From: Pseudobdellovibrionaceae bacterium
Lineage (GTDB): Bacteria > Bdellovibrionota > Bdellovibrionia > Bdellovibrionales > Bdellovibrionaceae
Assembly: GCA_019637875.1 (NCBI GenBank)
Contig: JAHBUW010000002.1
Coordinates: 385,517-409,516 of the forward strand
Direction: 5' to 3'
Length of the DNA stretch: 24,000 bases
The first letter of the stretch is position 1; each line of letters opens with the position of its first letter. Below are positions 13,815 through 24,000 of the stretch, in pieces. The notes below the pieces were generated by a model that was given only the letters and a program-made list of their open reading frames with translations, was not told the DNA's origin and did not search any database. Made by a program: the position numbers and the translations under genes.

Positions 13815-15350
13815 TTAAAGGCTCGCCGAGGGCGGCGCCGTCACGGCCGCCGGACCCGAGTTCAGCGCGCTTTCCACCAACATATAGAGCTGGCCCGAGA
13901 AGGCGCCCAGAACCACGATCAACAGCGCGCAGAAAATCAGGGCCGCGCGGGTCGCGTTCAAAGCTTTCGGAGCTTCAACGGCTTCCCCATCACGCATGTA
14001 CATGACCACGATCGGGCGCAGGTAGTAAGCCACCGCGATGACCGAGTTCAACATCCCCCACAGCGCCAACCACACCAGACCTTGGTCCATCGCCGTCGTG
14101 AACAGATAGAACTTACCGAAGAAACCCAGGGTCGGCGGAATGCCCGCCATCGACAGCAAACAAACCGTCAAGCTCAAGGCCATCACGGGACGTTTGCGCG
14201 CATAACCCGCCAGATCGTCGATCGAGATCGAGGCATCCTCATCACGCTCGAACAACGTGATGATCGCGAAAGCACCCAAACTCATGATCGAATAGCCGAT
14301 CAGGTAGAAGATGACCGCGGCCGGAGCGCCCAAACCCAGGGTCAAAGCGCCGTTCACGGGCTCGAGGCCCACGGTGATCAGACCCACCAGCAGATAACCC
14401 GAGTGCGCGATGCTCGAGTAAGCGAGCATCCGTTTGAAGTTGTTCTGCATGATGGCGCCGACGTTGCCGACGATCATGGTGAAGACCGCCATCCATTGCA
14501 GGACGTTCAGCAAAGCCGCCGAACCTTCCAGCGCTTTCGATTCCATCAAGCGCATGAACGCGATGAACGAAACCGCTTTGACCGCGGTCGCCATGAACGC
14601 CGCATGCGGCGTCGGCGAACCTTGGTAAACGTCGGGTGTCCATGCGTGGAACGGGAAGATCGAGACTTTGAAGCAAAAGCCCAGAATCGCGAGAGAAATC
14701 CCGAACAGGTACAGCTTCGAGTTCACGATCAATTCCGGAGTCCGCTCCAGAATCACCGCCAGCGACGTGCTTTCCGCCGAGCCGAAGATGAACGAGATCC
14801 CGTACAGCAGGATCGCCGACGCCAGGCCGCCCAAGATGAAGTACTTTAGCGCCGCTTCCTTCGAGAGCTTCTGCTCATGGGAAATCGCGATCATGATGTA
14901 GAGCGAAAGCGACATCATCTCGAGTCCCACGAACAGGATGATCAGATCGTTAGCGGCCAGAAGCACCAACATCCCGAAGATCGAGTTCAAGGTCAGGAAG
15001 ACGAGCTCCGAGAACTGCTCCCCACGCGTCGACGGATTGTCGTACATCAGGAACAAGGACACGCAACCCACCAGCAGGGTCAAAATCCCGACCGCGACGG
15101 TTTTTCCGTCCATGATCAAGGCCCCGCCGAAAGCGGTCTTCATCTCTTGGTCGTAAACCAAGATGTAAACGGTCATCAGCAGGATCGCCGCGGCCAAAAG
15201 ACCGCCGATACCTTGCCATAGGGTGCCCGCGGGATTCTGCTCTTCGTTCCCGTTCAGCACCTTCACGGTGATCGGGATCAAGCTGGCCAGAAACAACGCG
15301 ATCAAAGGGGATACGCTAAACAGGTCACGCATCGTGATGACGATATTCAT
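13815..15350 (-). CDS. nuoN: NADH-quinone oxidoreductase subunit N
   Basis: A 511-aa polytopic antiporter-like protein, last gene of the nuo operon. Its ATG overlaps the nuoM stop (TAATG at 15348..15352). Confidence 0.92.
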   Translation of the reverse strand: MNIVITMRDLFSVSPLIALFLASLIPITVKVLNGNEEQNPAGTLWQGIGGLLAAAILLMTVYILVYDQEMKTAFGGALIMDGKTVAVGILTLLVGCVSLFLMYDNPSTRGEQFSELVFLTLNSIFGMLVLLAANDLIILFVGLEMMSLSLYIMIAISHEQKLSKEAALKYFILGGLASAILLYGISFIFGSAESTSLAVILERTPELIVNSKLYLFGISLAILGFCFKVSIFPFHAWTPDVYQGSPTPHAAFMATAVKAVSFIAFMRLMESKALEGSAALLNVLQWMAVFTMIVGNVGAIMQNNFKRMLAYSSIAHSGYLLVGLITVGLEPVNGALTLGLGAPAAVIFYLIGYSIMSLGAFAIITLFERDEDASISIDDLAGYARKRPVMALSLTVCLLSMAGIPPTLGFFGKFYLFTTAMDQGLVWLALWGMLNSVIAVAYYLRPIVVMYMRDGEAVEAPKALNATRAALIFCALLIVVLGAFSGQLYMLVESALNSGPAAVTAPPSASL

Positions 15351-16942
15351 TACTGACCTCCGGTCTGCGCGGTCGCGGACGCATTTGCCGAGGCACCCAC
15401 TTCAGAAGCGTTTTGGACCGTCAATTCGTAGTTCGATTTATTCGTGATCAGGTGGTCGATCGAAGTCTTCGTGTAGGACAGGAAGTGCCCCGGGAAGAGC
15501 CCCATCCAGAAAACCAGCACGCCCAAGGGGGCAAGTACCGCGATCTCACGCGCGTTCAGATCGTGCAGGGGATGCTTCTCATCCGAAGCGAGCTCACCCT
15601 TTTCGCCGAAGAACACCCGTTTGAACATCCACAGCATGTACGCCGCGCCGAGGATCACCCCGAGCACCGCGATTCCGCCCATCCACACGTTGTATTTGAA
15701 CGCGCCCATCAGGATCAGGAATTCACCGATGAAACCGTTCGTCATCGGGACCGCGATCGAGGACAGCGTGATGATGAAGAAAGAAATGGTGAAGATCGGC
15801 ACGACCGCCGCCAAACCGCCATACTTCTTGATCTCACGCGAGTGCGTGCGCTCATAGATCATACCGACCAACAAGAAAAGCGCGCCGGTCGAAACCCCGT
15901 GGTTCAGCATCTGGTACAGGCCACCGGTCACGCCCTGCTCGTTCATCGCGAACAGACCCATGACGATGTAACCCATGTGCGAAACTGAAGAGTAGGCCAC
16001 GAGTTTTTTGATGTCCGGCTGAACCATCGCGACCAAGGCGCCGTAGATGATGCCGAGCAGGCCCAAGACCATGAAGACATCCGCGTAGTAGGAAGCCGCC
16101 TCGGGAAAGAGCGGAATCACCCAGCGCATGAATCCGTAAGTTCCCATCTTCAGCATGACACCGGCCAGGATCACCGAGCCGGGAGTCGGCGCCTCAACGT
16201 GGGCGTCAGGCAGCCACGTGTGAACGGGGAACATGGGAACCTTGATCGCGAAGGCCAAAGCGAACGCCCAGAACAGAAGCGATTGCGGGCTGAGGAAGTC
16301 GCCCTCCACGAAGGGAATGCGCAACTTGTACAGATCGAGCAGCGAGGCGCTCATCGCACGGTAATCGGCGCCACCAACTTGGAACACCAACTGATCTTTC
16401 GTCAGCAGGATCAAGTAGATGATTCCGAGAAGCATGAGGACCGAACCCGCCATCGTGAAGATGAAGAACTTCACGGTTGCGTAAATGCGGCGAGGTCCGC
16501 CCCAGATCCCGATCATGAAGTACATCGGAACCAGCGAAAGTTCCCAGAACAGGTAGAAGAAGATCGCGTCCATCGCCAGGAAGGTTCCCAGCATCGCGGT
16601 TTGCAAAACGAAGAGCGCGGCGTGGAAACCTTTTACGCGGTCTTCGATCGCCGTCCACGAGCCCAGAATCACGATCGGGGTCAGGAACGTGGTCAGCATC
16701 ACCAGCCACAGCGAAATCCCGTCGATTCCCAGGAAGTAGCTGACGTCGATCCGGTGGAGCCAAGGATACTGCTCAACGAACTGAAGCGCCGTGGTCGAAG
16801 GGTCGAACTGCGCGAACATCACCAAGCTCACCAAGAACTCGAGCAGGGCCAAACCGAAGGCCGCCGGACGAACCAGGTTCTTCGGTAGCGCCAGTACGAT
16901 CAGCGCGAACAGGAGGGGTAGAAAAACGATTGTCGACAACAT
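15350..16942 (-). CDS. nuoM: NADH-quinone oxidoreductase subunit M
   Basis: A 530-aa protein with typical NuoM/ND4 motifs (WLPDAHVEAPTPGSVILAGVMLKMGTYG) and the expected position between nuoL and nuoN. Confidence 0.93.
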   Translation of the reverse strand: MLSTIVFLPLLFALIVLALPKNLVRPAAFGLALLEFLVSLVMFAQFDPSTTALQFVEQYPWLHRIDVSYFLGIDGISLWLVMLTTFLTPIVILGSWTAIEDRVKGFHAALFVLQTAMLGTFLAMDAIFFYLFWELSLVPMYFMIGIWGGPRRIYATVKFFIFTMAGSVLMLLGIIYLILLTKDQLVFQVGGADYRAMSASLLDLYKLRIPFVEGDFLSPQSLLFWAFALAFAIKVPMFPVHTWLPDAHVEAPTPGSVILAGVMLKMGTYGFMRWVIPLFPEAASYYADVFMVLGLLGIIYGALVAMVQPDIKKLVAYSSVSHMGYIVMGLFAMNEQGVTGGLYQMLNHGVSTGALFLLVGMIYERTHSREIKKYGGLAAVVPIFTISFFIITLSSIAVPMTNGFIGEFLILMGAFKYNVWMGGIAVLGVILGAAYMLWMFKRVFFGEKGELASDEKHPLHDLNAREIAVLAPLGVLVFWMGLFPGHFLSYTKTSIDHLITNKSNYELTVQNASEVGASANASATAQTGGQ

Positions 16943-16964
16943 GATGTTAAATCCTTCCCGTCGC

Positions 16965-18899
<1,935 letters not shown>

Positions 18900-18902
18900 G
18901 CC

Positions 18903-19229
18903 TTAACCTTTCAAGTGCTCGAAGTAGCGGATGTTAACTTCTTTGAAACGTTTGAAGATCGCGACCGCGAGGGCCAATCCGACCGCCGCTTCCGCCGCGG
19001 CGATGGTCATCACGAAGAAGACCATCACTTGCGCTTCCAAAAGTCCCAAATAGCGGCTGAACGCGATGAAGCTGATATTCACGGCGTTCAACATCAATTC
19101 GATCGACATCAACAGAACCAGAACGTTCCGGCGCAGGAGGACACCCGCCAAACCGCACGAGAACAGCAGCGCGGACAAAACCAAGTAGTGGCCCAGTCCG
19201 ATATCAAGGAAGAGATTACTTGCGGACAT
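18903..19229 (-). CDS. nuoK: NADH-quinone oxidoreductase subunit K
   Basis: A 108-aa protein with 3 TM segments and a NuoK/ND4L pattern ([21 protein letters not shown]...[11 protein letters not shown]). It overlaps the nuoJ 3' end by 14 nt. Confidence 0.92.
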   Translation of the reverse strand: MSASNLFLDIGLGHYLVLSALLFSCGLAGVLLRRNVLVLLMSIELMLNAVNISFIAFSRYLGLLEAQVMVFFVMTIAAAEAAVGLALAVAIFKRFKEVNIRYFEHLKG

Positions 19230-19737
19230 GCGTGCCTCCTTTGCTGCGCGCGAGCGCGACCGCGCCGACCGCGATCACCAGCAGCAAGACGCCCAGGGCT
19301 TCGAAACCGAAGATGTACTGCGTGAACAACAGCTGCCCCAGATCGCGAGTGGAATCGGCCAGCACCGGCAATTCACGCGGTGCTTGCGACTGCATGGTCA
19401 ATGCGACCGCGCCCACCACAAGACCCGCAAAAGCGCCGACCGAGACCAGCTTCATCGCGCCGGTGAAGGCGCCACGGGTGAAAGCTCTCAGCTCTTGTTT
19501 CAAGTCGAAGAGCATCAGGACCATGACGAACAAAACCATCACGGCGCCCGCGTAGACGATCAGCTGAACCCCGGCCACGAAGTAAGCGCCCAGGGTTACG
19601 AAGATCGCCGCGATGCCGACCATCGACATGACCAGCGAAAGGGCCGAATAGATCGGATTCGAAAGCAGAATCACGCCCAGAGCCGCGCCCAGCGTGATCA
19701 AGGAAAGAAACCAAAAAATAAATACGTCGGGTGTCAC
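19216..19737 (-). CDS. nuoJ: NADH-quinone oxidoreductase subunit J
   Basis: A 173-aa protein with a NuoJ/ND6 pattern ([20 protein letters not shown]...[21 protein letters not shown]). It starts 12 nt after the nuoH stop. Confidence 0.9.
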   Translation of the reverse strand: MTPDVFIFWFLSLITLGAALGVILLSNPIYSALSLVMSMVGIAAIFVTLGAYFVAGVQLIVYAGAVMVLFVMVLMLFDLKQELRAFTRGAFTGAMKLVSVGAFAGLVVGAVALTMQSQAPRELPVLADSTRDLGQLLFTQYIFGFEALGVLLLVIAVGAVALARSKGGTHVRK

Positions 19738-19749
19738 TTCAAATCTCCC

Positions 19750-20904
19750 TTACCAGCCACGCGCGATCAGGATCACGACCGCCGTCAACATCGTGTTGAA
19801 CAGCGCCCAGGGCAGCATTGTTTTCCAACCGAGATCCATCAGTTGGTCGTAGCGGAAACGCGGCAACGTCCAGCGCACGTGGATAAAGATCCACAAGAAG
19901 ACGGCCACTTTCGCGAAGAAAACTCCGACGTGCACGAGCGCCGTCACGACACTCGCCGCGCCCGCGGTCCCCATCACTCCCAGGAAGAAGTTGTAGACCT
20001 CATCCGGGCTCACGTAGGGAATCTGGTAACCGCCGAAGAAGAACGTCGCCATCAGGCCCGAAGCGACCAGCATGTGCCCGTACTCGCCGATGAAGAACAT
20101 CAGCATCTTGAAACCGCCGTATTCCGTATGGAATCCGGCGACCAGCTCGGCCTCGCCCTCGGGCAAGTCGAAGGGAATCCGGTTCGACTCGGCGAAGGTC
20201 GCCGAGAAAAACAGAATCGCCGCGAGCGGTTGATAGAAAATCCCCCAGTTCGGCAGCAGATTCGATTCAATCGTATGACCGAAAGCCACGAAGGACAGCG
20301 GCCCGATCTGTTGGTTCACCATGTCGGTCAAGTTGAAGGAGCCGTAGGTCAGGATCATGCCGACGATCGACAAGCCCAACGCGAGTTCGTACGAGATGAT
20401 CTGCGATGACCCGCGAAGCGCGCCGAGCATCGCGTATTTGTTGGCCGAGCCCCAGCCCGCCATCAGGATCGTGTACGCCGCGAGCGACGAAACACCCAGG
20501 ATGTAGACGATGCCGACATTCACGTCGAAACCTTGCATCGCGATCGTGTAGGGTCCCCAAGTCGATCCGAACGCCTCGAAAGCTTCGAACTGCATGGGCG
20601 TTCCCAGCGGCAGCGCGCAGAACGCGAGCGTCGCGGGAATCAAAGCCGAAACGGGGGCCGCGTAGTAAAGCAGCGCGACGCCTTTTTTCGGAACGAAGTT
20701 TTCTTTGAAAAGGAACTTCACGGCATCCGCCAGAAGCTGCACCAGCCCCAAAGGTCCGACACGGTTCGGGCCTAGACGGTTTTGAATGAACGCCGAACCC
20801 CGGCGCTCCAGCCAGACGAGAATCGGCACCGCCTGAACCATGATCAGGAAGATGACGATCAGTTTGACCGCATTAATGACGATTTCGACGATGTCCTGAC
20901 CCAT
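19750..20904 (-). CDS. nuoH: NADH-quinone oxidoreductase subunit H
   Basis: A 384-aa protein with NuoH/ND1 motifs (WLERRGSAFIQNRLGPNRVGPLGLVQLLADAVKFLFKE, AESNRIPFDLPEGEAELVAGFHTEY). It starts 3 nt after the nuoA stop. Confidence 0.93.
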   Translation of the reverse strand: MGQDIVEIVINAVKLIVIFLIMVQAVPILVWLERRGSAFIQNRLGPNRVGPLGLVQLLADAVKFLFKENFVPKKGVALLYYAAPVSALIPATLAFCALPLGTPMQFEAFEAFGSTWGPYTIAMQGFDVNVGIVYILGVSSLAAYTILMAGWGSANKYAMLGALRGSSQIISYELALGLSIVGMILTYGSFNLTDMVNQQIGPLSFVAFGHTIESNLLPNWGIFYQPLAAILFFSATFAESNRIPFDLPEGEAELVAGFHTEYGGFKMLMFFIGEYGHMLVASGLMATFFFGGYQIPYVSPDEVYNFFLGVMGTAGAASVVTALVHVGVFFAKVAVFLWIFIHVRWTLPRFRYDQLMDLGWKTMLPWALFNTMLTAVVILIARGW

Positions 20905-20907
20905 GGA

Positions 20908-21276
20908 TTATTCCCACTCCAGCGCTTTGGATTTGATCTCCCAGAACAGACCGAAGACGAAAATGGCCACGAAGATCGCCATCGCCACGAAGCTGTAAAG
21001 GCCCAACGAGCTTCCGATGAAATCACGGAAGGTCAGAGCCCAGGGGTACATGAAGATGATTTCAATATCGAAAATGATGAAAAGGATCGCGGTCAGATAG
21101 AACTTCACCGAAAGCTTCGAGTCCTTCTTTTCTTGGACCGGAATTCCGCACTCGTAAGATTCGAACTTCACCGGGTCGGCCGACGCGGGTCCGCCAAGTT
21201 TAGCTGCAAGCCAAAGGAGAAAGACACCGAAAATCATGATGAAGATCGCAAGAAAGATGACACCGCCCAAAGGCAC
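20908..21276 (-). CDS. nuoA: NADH-quinone oxidoreductase subunit A
   Basis: The C-terminal ~120 aa of track ORF 20908..21531 match NuoA/ND3 (FESYECGIPV...KFYLTAILFIIFDIEIIFMYPWA). I trimmed it to GTG 21276 (GGGGGG SD 5 nt upstream), which gives 122 aa. TTG 21324 is an alternative. The longer form would overlap the mfd start. Confidence 0.85.
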   Translation of the reverse strand: MPLGGVIFLAIFIMIFGVFLLWLAAKLGGPASADPVKFESYECGIPVQEKKDSKLSVKFYLTAILFIIFDIEIIFMYPWALTFRDFIGSSLGLYSFVAMAIFVAIFVFGLFWEIKSKALEWE

Positions 21277-21374
21277 GGTAACCCCCCAAGTTGGATTGAC
21301 GACGCGGACTGCGAAACGCCACAAGCATAGCCAGAAGACTTGGGTTTTCCAAGAGATTACGGCAGAATAAGCGG

Positions 21375-24000
21375 ATGCCTTTTTCGACCCTGCAGCCCCA
21401 CTTCGAACGAATTTTGGAGCGTGAGTGGAGCCGGGGAAAAACCCAACTCCAAATTTCAGGCACGACTTCGGCGACCTTGATGGGAATGCTTCTTTCGCAA
21501 GCAGACTCGCCCGATTTTCAGGCGGCGCCACACCTGGTCATCGTCCCTTCCGACAGCGAAGCGACGCAATTGGCGCAAGGAATCAAGTTCTTCTCGCCCG
21601 CACGCGAAGCCTACATCTTGGGCTCGTTCGACGTCTCACCCTACTCCGGGTTGTATCCGAAACGTGAAACTCTTGCGAATCGGTCCCGGTTTTTATTCAA
21701 GGCTCAACACGCCAAACCCGGCGAGATCTTCATCGCAACGCTGGAAGGTCTGTTGCAGAAGACCGTGCCCGCGCAAATTTTTAAACGTCACTGCTTCCGC
21801 TTTCGTAAAGGCGACTCGATTCCCGAAGGCTTCACGCAGATTCTGCACAAGCTCGGTTATCTGCCGTCACCGATGGTGGAAGACATCGGGAATTTTTCCG
21901 CACGCGGCGGAATCATGGATCTGTATTCACCCGCGCACGAATTGCCCGTACGTATGGAGCTCTTCGGTGACGAGATCGAATCCTTGCGCTTTTTCGATCC
22001 CGAAGGGCAACGCTCTAGCCAAGACATCAACGCCTTCGATCTGATCCCCGCGCGCGAGATCATGTGGGACGACTCGCGAATGGATGCCTTGGTCCAAGGA
22101 TTCCGCGAAAGCGTCCAGGGCCGCGAGATCGATCAAATCGAGTACGAGGAAAATCTGCGCGCGCTTTCGCGTGAAGCGGACTTCAACGGCATCGATTTTT
22201 TGGTTCCCCTCTTCCACGGAAAATTGGAATCTCCGCTGGAGCACTTCGCCGGCGGCATGAACGTCTGGCTTCTGGATCAGCTCGAGATCGCGCGACGCGC
22301 GGATCTTCTATGGGAAGACATCAAGAACGACTATGCGACCTCAGAGAAGAATCTGATTCGCCTGGCGCCCGAACTTTATTGGAGTAAATGGGACGAACTC
22401 GAATGGCTCGAGGCTCACCGGATGTCGATGAACGGCATCCAAACGCAGGATCTGACCTCAACCGGGCCGAAAGCCGATCAAGCCCATATCGAATACCCGA
22501 CGATGGGTATTGGCGAGCTGGCTCAGCCGCTTTCAGCGCAGAAAGCCGGAAGCCAAGCCAGGAGCGACATTCTACAACGAAAGTTCACGCAGTGGCGCGC
22601 CGACGGCTACGTCATTTTCGTTTCGGTCCGCAATCAAGCACAGGCGGAGCGACTGCGCGTGATGCTGAATACGGACGTTTGGAAATCCGAGATCGTCGCC
22701 GAAAATGCCGCCGACTGGGGCGCTTGGCACGAACAACAGCAAAACGATCCGAAACTTCTGCATTTCATTCCGCGACTTGCGCCGGAATCGCAGCGTATTC
22801 CCGACGACAAAGTCATCGTCATTCGCGACGAAGATCTGCTCGGTAAAAAAACGCGGATGCGCTCCACCAGCGCCCAGCAGGATTTCACCGACGCCGCAAA
22901 ACGCCTCAACTTCGGGGACCTCAAACCCGGCGACGCGATCGTGCACATTCAGCATGGCATCGGGATCTATGACGGCCTGAAGGTGATGTCGATCGGCGGT
23001 GCCGACAGCGAGTTCATCCAGATCTCGTACAAAGACAAAGATAAGCTCTACCTGCCGGTTTACCGCGTGGGTCAGCTGCAGAAGTTCTCGGGCCATGCCG
23101 CAAACGTCGCGCTGGATCGTTTGGGCACCGGCACGTTCGAAAAGACCAAAGGGAAAGTTAAAAACGCGCTTCGCGATTTGGCGCTGGATCTTTTGAAGCT
23201 CTATGCCGAACGCAACCAAACGCAACGGCCGCCTTTCCCGCTGAACAATCAGGACTTCCAGGCGTTCGAAACCGCATTCCCCTACGAAGAGACGAACGAT
23301 CAGCTGCGCGCCATTGGCGACATCGTCGACGACTTCGAGGGCACGAAGCCGATGGATCGTTTGATCTGCGGTGACGTCGGCTTCGGAAAAACCGAAGTCG
23401 CCATGCGTGCGGCGTTCATCGCGGCGAACGCGGGACTTCAGGTCGCGGTGCTCGCGCCCACCACCGTTTTGACTTTCCAGCACTTTGAAACCTTCAAGAA
23501 ACGTTTCAAGGATTGGCCCCTGCAGATCCGCGCGCTGAACCGCTTCGTACCCACCAGCGAAGCCAAAAAGACCCTGACCGACTTAAAAGAAGGTCGCGTC
23601 GACATTTTGATCGGCACGCACCGGCTGCTTTCAAAAGACGTGGAATTCAAACGTTTGGGTCTACTTGTCGTCGACGAAGAACAAAAATTCGGCGTCGCCC
23701 ACAAAGAAAAGATCCGCAAAATGAAACTCAACGTCGACACCATCGCGATGTCGGCGACCCCTATCCCGCGCACCCTCAATATGAGCCTGGCGGGCATTCG
23801 CGATCTCAGCCTGATCAACACCGCGCCCGTCGACCGGCTGCCCACGCGGACCTTCATCACGAAGTGGGACCGCGAAACGATACGTAAGGCCATCTATTCG
23901 GAAGTGCAGCGCGGAGGCCAGGTTTACTTCATCCACAACCGCGTGCAGTCGATTTACCAAGTGGTCGACGAACTGCGCGAGCTGATTCCCGATCTGCGCA
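21375..24000 (+). CDS. mfd: Transcription-repair coupling factor Mfd; N-terminal ~875 codons, 3' end beyond the window
   Basis: Not in the track because there is no stop in the window. Hand translation from ATG 21375 (MPFSTLQPHFERILE...) is open to 24000. It shows a UvrB-homology region (GNFSARGGIMDLYSPAHELPVRMELFGDEIESLRFFDPEGQR), a CarD/RID-like segment (GDAIVHIQHGIGIYDGL...YKDKDKLYLPV) and helicase motifs (CGDVGFGKTEVAMRAAF, LLVVDEEQKFGV, AMSATPIPRTL). Confidence 0.93.
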   Translation, partial: MPFSTLQPHFERILEREWSRGKTQLQISGTTSATLMGMLLSQADSPDFQAAPHLVIVPSDSEATQLAQGIKFFSPAREAYILGSFDVSPYSGLYPKRETLANRSRFLFKAQHAKPGEIFIATLEGLLQKTVPAQIFKRHCFRFRKGDSIPEGFTQILHKLGYLPSPMVEDIGNFSARGGIMDLYSPAHELPVRMELFGDEIESLRFFDPEGQRSSQDINAFDLIPAREIMWDDSRMDALVQGFRESVQGREIDQIEYEENLRALSREADFNGIDFLVPLFHGKLESPLEHFAGGMNVWLLDQLEIARRADLLWEDIKNDYATSEKNLIRLAPELYWSKWDELEWLEAHRMSMNGIQTQDLTSTGPKADQAHIEYPTMGIGELAQPLSAQKAGSQARSDILQRKFTQWRADGYVIFVSVRNQAQAERLRVMLNTDVWKSEIVAENAADWGAWHEQQQNDPKLLHFIPRLAPESQRIPDDKVIVIRDEDLLGKKTRMRSTSAQQDFTDAAKRLNFGDLKPGDAIVHIQHGIGIYDGLKVMSIGGADSEFIQISYKDKDKLYLPVYRVGQLQKFSGHAANVALDRLGTGTFEKTKGKVKNALRDLALDLLKLYAERNQTQRPPFPLNNQDFQAFETAFPYEETNDQLRAIGDIVDDFEGTKPMDRLICGDVGFGKTEVAMRAAFIAANAGLQVAVLAPTTVLTFQHFETFKKRFKDWPLQIRALNRFVPTSEAKKTLTDLKEGRVDILIGTHRLLSKDVEFKRLGLLVVDEEQKFGVAHKEKIRKMKLNVDTIAMSATPIPRTLNMSLAGIRDLSLINTAPVDRLPTRTFITKWDRETIRKAIYSEVQRGGQVYFIHNRVQSIYQVVDELRELIPDLR

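Noticed and set aside
19228-20409. 393-aa plus-strand ORF, together with similar plus-strand ORFs at 14082..14849, 15413..15988, 16199..16888, 16791..17345, 17979..18497, 18558..19325 and 20782..21330
   Set aside because: All are antisense to unmistakable nuo membrane-subunit genes. All translate to Arg/His/Asp/Gln/Glu-rich strings, which are the reverse complements of hydrophobic codons. They are antisense artefacts.
21286-21354. Small palindromes CCAAGTTGG (21286..21294) and CTTGG-gtttt-CCAAG (21340..21354) in the nuoA/mfd divergent region
   Set aside because: They are short (4-5 bp arms), occur only once each and overlap the nuoA SD/leader. This is not enough to call an operator, so I only note it.
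20908-21531. 207-aa extended NuoA ORF
   Set aside because: NuoA is normally about 120-150 aa. The extra N-terminal ~85 residues are non-hydrophobic, would overlap the divergent mfd start, and lack an SD. GTG 21276 with a G6 SD was chosen instead.
22572-23483. 303-aa minus-strand ORF, together with 23438..23893 and 23661..23960
   Set aside because: They are antisense to mfd, whose helicase and CarD-like motifs are clear on the plus strand. No independent support exists.

Overview
The window is a chromosomal segment from a moderately GC-rich Gram-negative bacterium. The gene content suggests Bdellovibrionota or another predatory or delta-like lineage: an 'FQNC' lipobox, a GNVGIGT-repeat fibre protein with an S74 chaperone domain, and a DUF1592/DUF1552 pair. 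This lineage call is inference only. The left 40% looks accessory. It holds (i) a large RHS/YD-repeat polymorphic-toxin gene on the minus strand, which the ORF track omits because it runs off the window at position 1. It has a Sec-type signal peptide, an unrecognised Cys-containing N-terminal domain and a (Thr-Pro)21 linker encoded by a hexanucleotide tandem repeat. It also holds (ii) a divergently transcribed tail-fibre-like protein ending in a peptidase-S74 intramolecular-chaperone domain, (iii) a tightly coupled DUF1592-family lipoprotein (two CxxCH motifs, a CBM-like insert) plus a Tat-signal DUF1552-family protein, and (iv) an AT-rich orphan gene abutting a short remnant of a second S74 fibre gene. 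The middle holds a near-canonical 41-nt guanidine-III (ykkC-III) riboswitch in front of a SugE/Gdx SMR exporter. It also holds a three-gene minus-strand unit (HTH/coiled-coil protein, membrane-anchored EEP-family hydrolase, ATGA-coupled acidic 154-aa unknown) and a divergent patatin-like phospholipase. The right 40% is housekeeping. It is a minus-strand nuo operon that contains only the membrane-arm subunits in the order A-H-J-K-L-M-N (no B, C, D, E, F, G or I), divergent from the 5' part of mfd. Many long ORFs in the track are Arg/His/Asp-rich antisense artefacts of GC-rich coding DNA and were rejected. I saw no tRNA, rRNA, CRISPR, transposase or integrase.
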